A DNA stretch of 64,000 nucleotides, taken from the IMG/VR virus record IMGVR_UViG_3300020438_004435. One strand, 5' to 3'. Shown here piece by piece: positions 59,672-64,000 of the stretch (within the stretch, counting starts at the first letter, position 1; each line of letters begins with the position of its first letter). Position numbers and translations under genes: made by a program. Source of the DNA: a virus. The notes beneath the pieces are model-generated. The model did no database searches. It was not told the DNA's origin and worked only from the letters and a program-made list of their open reading frames with translations.

Positions 59672-59902
59672 CTATGATTTTACCGTCGGTGGTCTGTGAA
59701 CTTTAGGTCTTGGTGTTTCCGTTTCCTTACCTTGATTAGCATCATTCTGAGCTTTTACAGCGTCTGCTACTTCCTTCAAATAGAATTTACGCAAGTATAA
59801 AGGCATGTCATATACATCAGCATGGGTAAAGCCCTTACCATAATAAGTAAGTGTAAAAATATCCCTATGAATTAAGGGTTTATGACTTGGAGTTAGGCCA
59901 AA
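59672..59902 (-). CDS. +1-frame extension of tail chaperone (GT-like frameshift product; not in ORF track)
   Basis: 76-codon open frame FGLTPSHKPLIHRDIFTLTYYGKGFTHADVYDMPLYLRKFYL...PPTVKS* entered at TTT TTT GGC; fills the otherwise empty 270-nt gap. Confidence 0.75.
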   Translation of the reverse strand, partial: FGLTPSHKPLIHRDIFTLTYYGKGFTHADVYDMPLYLRKFYLKEVADAVKAQNDANQGKETETPRPKVHRPPTVKS

Positions 59903-60701
59903 AAAACCCGCTGTCGATCGGAAGATCGACTACCTCATCATGCCCACAGTGTTCACAATCAAATCTAAATTGCATTGCTACATCTGGTCCAATATTTTTA
60001 ATTTGCCTACGTAATTCCAATGAATCTCGTGCCATTAATTCATTATCAACGAAATCCCTAATAGCCTTAGTATCTCTATTACCATCAATAGCTATAATCT
60101 GGTGTTTAAGTCTAGTAGTTAATTCCTGACTAGGACCATTTTTAGCTGCAAATTTGGCTAAACCTTTTAATTCAGCTTCCAAGGATTTATCCTTACGACC
60201 TGTCATCAATTGGAATGTAATTTCTCTTTTAGATACTGGTAGAATAGACTTGAATTCATTTAGACCCTTTTCATATTGGGTAAAGTCTATTTCTTTATGA
60301 GGCATTTGTGATAAATCAATTATTAAATCATTCTTCTCTCCACATGCAGGACATTTCATTGCTACTTCATAGTCCTTACCATATCCTAAGATCCTAGCTG
60401 CTATCATAATAGCATTCTTATCACCTGTTATGATATCATCATAATTACATGGAGTAACTATTAATCCTTTTAATAATTTATCGAGTACCACACCCTTTTT
60501 AATTAGATTAGCAGAGGTAAGGATATCCTCATCTCTTGCTGACATGTATCTCATTTCTATCTGACCAGAAGCTAAAGGATGGTCTTTTGGGTAAAACCAT
60601 CCTTCGCTTGGTAAGTCAACGAGTTCCGTTGGGTATTTTGAATTGATCTGAGGAGCTACCTCAGGTTTTGTGCTGTTTGTAGACTTATTTCCGTCTTCCA
60701 T
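59880..60701 (-). CDS. Tail assembly chaperone / baseplate hub assembly protein (G-like)
   Basis: VDLPSEG.FY, MSARDEDIL, GDKNAIMIAARILGYG, CPAC, CEHC and C-terminal FFWP; between tube and tape measure. Confidence 0.8.
   Translation of the reverse strand: MEDGNKSTNSTKPEVAPQINSKYPTELVDLPSEGWFYPKDHPLASGQIEMRYMSARDEDILTSANLIKKGVVLDKLLKGLIVTPCNYDDIITGDKNAIMIAARILGYGKDYEVAMKCPACGEKNDLIIDLSQMPHKEIDFTQYEKGLNEFKSILPVSKREITFQLMTGRKDKSLEAELKGLAKFAAKNGPSQELTTRLKHQIIAIDGNRDTKAIRDFVDNELMARDSLELRRQIKNIGPDVAMQFRFDCEHCGHDEVVDLPIDSGFFWPNSKS
59900..59930 (-). other. Candidate frameshift signal: 7-bp hairpin then GGG TTT TTT TGG
   Basis: Sense GTCGATC-TTCC-GATCGAC, then AGC GGG and a 7-T run. Confidence 0.65.
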
Positions 60702-60741
60702 AACTTATTCTCCTATATGTTAATAACTTTTATTTATTTAA

Positions 60742-61233
60742 TTAGTACTGTAGTATTGCGTAATCGTACTTAAGGGTAAGACCCATAGTTACGAATGCTT
60801 CACCACTAGACCAATCTAAATCACCTGCTGTTGTAGATAGTATGAATGCACCTTTAAGTGTCCATTCTTCTACCTTATCACCTACAGGACCTAATACATT
60901 GAATGTAATATCTTTCTTATAGAAATCAGCGTATCCATCTCGACCAGTAACGGATTCGTGTGATAGTCTAACCCATTCCATTACAGCTTGTGCAGCTGAA
61001 GGGACTACAGGATCATATAATTCTATTGATACATCTTGCCAATCGCCTTTTCCTTTAAGCTTTCTTTTGACGTTAATGTGATCAAGAACTACCTCACCAA
61101 ATGTTATTGATGGTCTTGAAGTTTTCTTAATTAAATATGCAGGAATACCATCTATATACATGATAAACCTGTTTTGCATTTTTGGTTCAAATGCGGTAAA
61201 CATTGCTTCTGTTGGGTCGATTAATTGTGCCAT
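60742..61233 (-). CDS. Tail tube protein (T4 gp19-like)
   Basis: FEPKMQNRF, RPSITF, W.DV...YDP and W.LKGAF. Confidence 0.9.
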   Translation of the reverse strand: MAQLIDPTEAMFTAFEPKMQNRFIMYIDGIPAYLIKKTSRPSITFGEVVLDHINVKRKLKGKGDWQDVSIELYDPVVPSAAQAVMEWVRLSHESVTGRDGYADFYKKDITFNVLGPVGDKVEEWTLKGAFILSTTAGDLDWSSGEAFVTMGLTLKYDYAILQY

Positions 61234-61264
61234 TTGTTCTCCTCGTTTATTCTGTTTCTACATA

Positions 61265-61272
61265 TATAAATA
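61265..61272 (-). promoter_or_regulatory. Candidate class-II motif TATTTATA
   Basis: In the sheath-tube intergenic region, 31 nt upstream of the tube ATG. Confidence 0.55.
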
Positions 61273-61307
61273 TGTATCTTTATAAAAAGTATCCTCTTTT
61301 TTAATTA

Positions 61308-64000
61308 TTATTCAGGGAATACCGCTCCTGTTGGTAAAATATTAAAGTCTAATATAATAAATTCTGCTGATTTAGCTGGTTGCAAGAATATTTCACCGAT
61401 CATTTGATTTCTATCAATTACATCAGCTGTATTATTCGATTCATCCATTATTACTTTGAATGCATATATACCTTGTCTTTGTTGTACACTTTCAAAATAT
61501 GGATTAGCTATATTTAAGAATCTATTTCTTGTAGCTGTAGTATTGTTTTCGAATACTAAGTATTTAGTTGCAGATGCAATAAATTTCTTAGCTGCGATTA
61601 ATAATCTTCTTACATTAATTCTATCAAGTGCAGATGGTCTAGCTTGTAAAGTCTTTTGACCCCATACTGATATACCTTCCTTGAACGTTGCAATTGGATT
61701 AACTCTACCTTCATATAAATCATCTCTCTCAGCATGTGTTAATCTTGATTCCACTTCAAGGGCTGTAGTTAACATACCTCTATTGAAACCTGCTGGAGCG
61801 AACCATTCAAATGCTACATTATCATTATGAGATATAACTCCACCTGCTACTACTGATGGTGGAACCCATACTGGCTTGTTAATATCACTATCCATGATCT
61901 TAACCCAAGGCCAATAAGTTGCTGTATAATTTGAATCGAATGATTTTACTACGTTTGTTATAGTAGACATTCCTAATCCTTCCATAGATGATTGCTTACC
62001 TATTGAATCCATTATATAGAATGTATCCGCTCTATCCTCAGCTACATTTTTAGCGTATGTAGTTACAGGCGCGTGATCTTTCATATTAGGACCAGGAGTA
62101 AGAATCATGTTAATATCTATTTCATCCGGATTAGATATTGCATTTAATGCTCTTTTATAAGCAAGTGCTCCATCTTTTTCCATTGTTGATAAGTCATATC
62201 CTAGCATATTAGTTGCTGATATATCAGAACCTCTTGCTATGTATCTAGCTGGATTCAATCCATCAAATCCTCCTTGGAAAGGTACCATAAATTTCTTTGT
62301 TTGAAGGTTTATAGTTGTTCCTGTTGGAGTAATTGCTGCACCTGCTCCTGAATCTAATGAAGCAGAAGGATGTTGGAAACAATTAGCTAAATTAAATGCT
62401 TTATTATTTCCTACTGCAGGAGCATTACCACCAGCTGGTGAAGAATCAGGTAAAGGCATTAAATAATTTAGGTTATCTGAATCCGTATAATCAAATCCAT
62501 AAAACACTTTCTTATTATATACGTTATCTAATACTTGTGATCCTTTCTTAGCTAGGTTTTTACCTACCATATCATTATATGTTCCTAAATGCCCTTCACC
62601 ATTTCCAATGAATGATGCACTTGGTAAACTACCGTGTGTTCCATTTAATGGTTCTAATAAAGCTGCAAATCCAAATGGAACTAATTCTGCTGATGTACCT
62701 TTATCTTTTACATCTTCAGGTAATTCAACCCAAATGTATTGAGATAAATTAGGATAATCACCATACATTGTTACTTTACCATCTGCATCTATTTCTTGGT
62801 ATCTATCACCAATCACTCTACCAATAAAGTTTGGATTATCTGGATCTAATGTTAAATTATTCCATTGCTCTACAATTTCTGGTCTTCTATCAGAGTCACC
62901 TGATTTTTTCCATGGAGATTGAACTGCATGTACTGAACCTTCAAGATCTACTCTTCTTAATTGTACTGAGAATGTTCCGTATTCCGATCCCGCAACTGTA
63001 CCAGCTCCTTTTACATTAAGTATACCAGCTTTAATTTGGTAACTCATTGCTGGTCCGTGTGCTCTTGTATGGAATTTGAATAGGTTAGTTGTTTTTCCAC
63101 CAACTTTTTGTGAGGTAATCCATGGTGTTCTTGCTTCATATCCATCTTTTACACTATATCCGTAAGAAATATCATTTTGAATTGATTTTACTTGAACCTG
63201 TGCTGATGAATCAGCTGCGTAAGATGCAGAAGCATAATTCTTAAACCACATGTAAGTATATACTGGCTTATATCTATCTTTCGGAGACATTCCAAATACT
63301 TTAGTTAAATGATTTGAACTATTAGGATTAACAGATGCAGAATAAGCAGTTGCTGTAGTAAGAATATTACCAGTATCTGCATGACCTGTATCAAAGTTAG
63401 TATTGTTAGTATACGTAGCTCCTAAAGATCCACCTCCTGATCCTGAGAAGTATAATACGAATGAATCTGCATCAGATCCACCTTGTTGTGTTGTTTGTAT
63501 AGATGCTGTTAAAGATTGTGCATCTGCAGACCATTCAGGAGCTCCTACTGTTCCACGTCCTGATACGGATTGAGAATAAGCAGCATCTGCTGATCTACCT
63601 GTTAAGGTATTTTCAATAGTAAGCGATCCACTACCTGCTCCTAATGTAGCTGAAAATATTTGTTCACTATTTTGTGTTACCGAATTAATTGCATCTTTAG
63701 TTATACGTGCAAATGTTCCTGACATATAAGATCCAGAAGCAAAGTATGTTTTAACACCAGCTGTTCCTGCTACTATAGTATTACGTCCACTTGATTGTGA
63801 TACATAAGCACTATTACCTGCTCCACCATAAGATGCTGAAGTAAGGAATAAGTGTATATTAGATGCTGAAGCTTCGTGAGAACCTGTTGTAGCATGAATA
63901 TATTTACCTAAGTCCCAATCTGCTCCTACATGGAATCCATAATTAGAAGCTCCATCATCTGCATCTAAATTAGGTTGATCACAGTTAATCATTTTAACTA
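61308..64000 (-). CDS. Tail sheath protein (5'-truncated by window edge)
   Basis: C-terminal YWPWVK, WVPPS, WFAPAGFNRG, RDDLYEGRVNPI, WGQKT, RINVRRL and AEFIILDF; frame stays open beyond the listed ATG. Confidence 0.95.
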   Translation of the reverse strand, partial: VKMINCDQPNLDADDGASNYGFHVGADWDLGKYIHATTGSHEASASNIHLFLTSASYGGAGNSAYVSQSSGRNTIVAGTAGVKTYFASGSYMSGTFARITKDAINSVTQNSEQIFSATLGAGSGSLTIENTLTGRSADAAYSQSVSGRGTVGAPEWSADAQSLTASIQTTQQGGSDADSFVLYFSGSGGGSLGATYTNNTNFDTGHADTGNILTTATAYSASVNPNSSNHLTKVFGMSPKDRYKPVYTYMWFKNYASASYAADSSAQVQVKSIQNDISYGYSVKDGYEARTPWITSQKVGGKTTNLFKFHTRAHGPAMSYQIKAGILNVKGAGTVAGSEYGTFSVQLRRVDLEGSVHAVQSPWKKSGDSDRRPEIVEQWNNLTLDPDNPNFIGRVIGDRYQEIDADGKVTMYGDYPNLSQYIWVELPEDVKDKGTSAELVPFGFAALLEPLNGTHGSLPSASFIGNGEGHLGTYNDMVGKNLAKKGSQVLDNVYNKKVFYGFDYTDSDNLNYLMPLPDSSPAGGNAPAVGNNKAFNLANCFQHPSASLDSGAGAAITPTGTTINLQTKKFMVPFQGGFDGLNPARYIARGSDISATNMLGYDLSTMEKDGALAYKRALNAISNPDEIDINMILTPGPNMKDHAPVTTYAKNVAEDRADTFYIMDSIGKQSSMEGLGMSTITNVVKSFDSNYTATYWPWVKIMDSDINKPVWVPPSVVAGGVISHNDNVAFEWFAPAGFNRGMLTTALEVESRLTHAERDDLYEGRVNPIATFKEGISVWGQKTLQARPSALDRINVRRLLIAAKKFIASATKYLVFENNTTATRNRFLNIANPYFESVQQRQGIYAFKVIMDESNNTADVIDRNQMIGEIFLQPAKSAEFIILDFNILPTGAVFPE

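Overview
This is a 64-kb segment of a large, AT-rich, T4-like myophage genome. Every credible gene is on the minus strand, and the plus-strand ORFs in the track are antisense shadows. In transcription order (right to left) the window holds five modules. (1) Contractile tail: sheath, tube, tail chaperone with a hidden +1 frameshift extension, tape measure, and baseplate genes, one of which carries 24 tandem 16-17-aa repeats. (2) A short divergent PolA-family polymerase and an ATP-dependent DNA ligase. (3) A small-gene region with three tRNAs. (4) A T4-like replisome (SSB, RecA/UvsX, 5'-3' exonuclease, helicase, class II RNR, PolB, clamp, clamp loaders) plus GroES/GroEL. Embedded in it is a 7-deazaguanine cluster (folE, queD, queE, queC, TGT/DpdA-like barrel) that also encodes an HPRT, an NMP kinase-like protein, a MazG-like pyrophosphatase and an orphan PD-(D/E)xK nuclease. 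(5) A 15-kb island with 11 glycosyltransferase-like genes, running off the left edge. The best candidates for new biology are a possibly pre-replicative deazaguanine genome-substitution and self/non-self system, and a late-expressed glycosylation island that may decorate a sequon-rich baseplate repeat array. Other leads are the hairpin-preceded +1 frameshift, a PolA with an altered steric gate, and a 19-aa C-terminal tag shared by two adjacent unrelated proteins. All protein assignments come from motif recognition by eye; no database searches were run.
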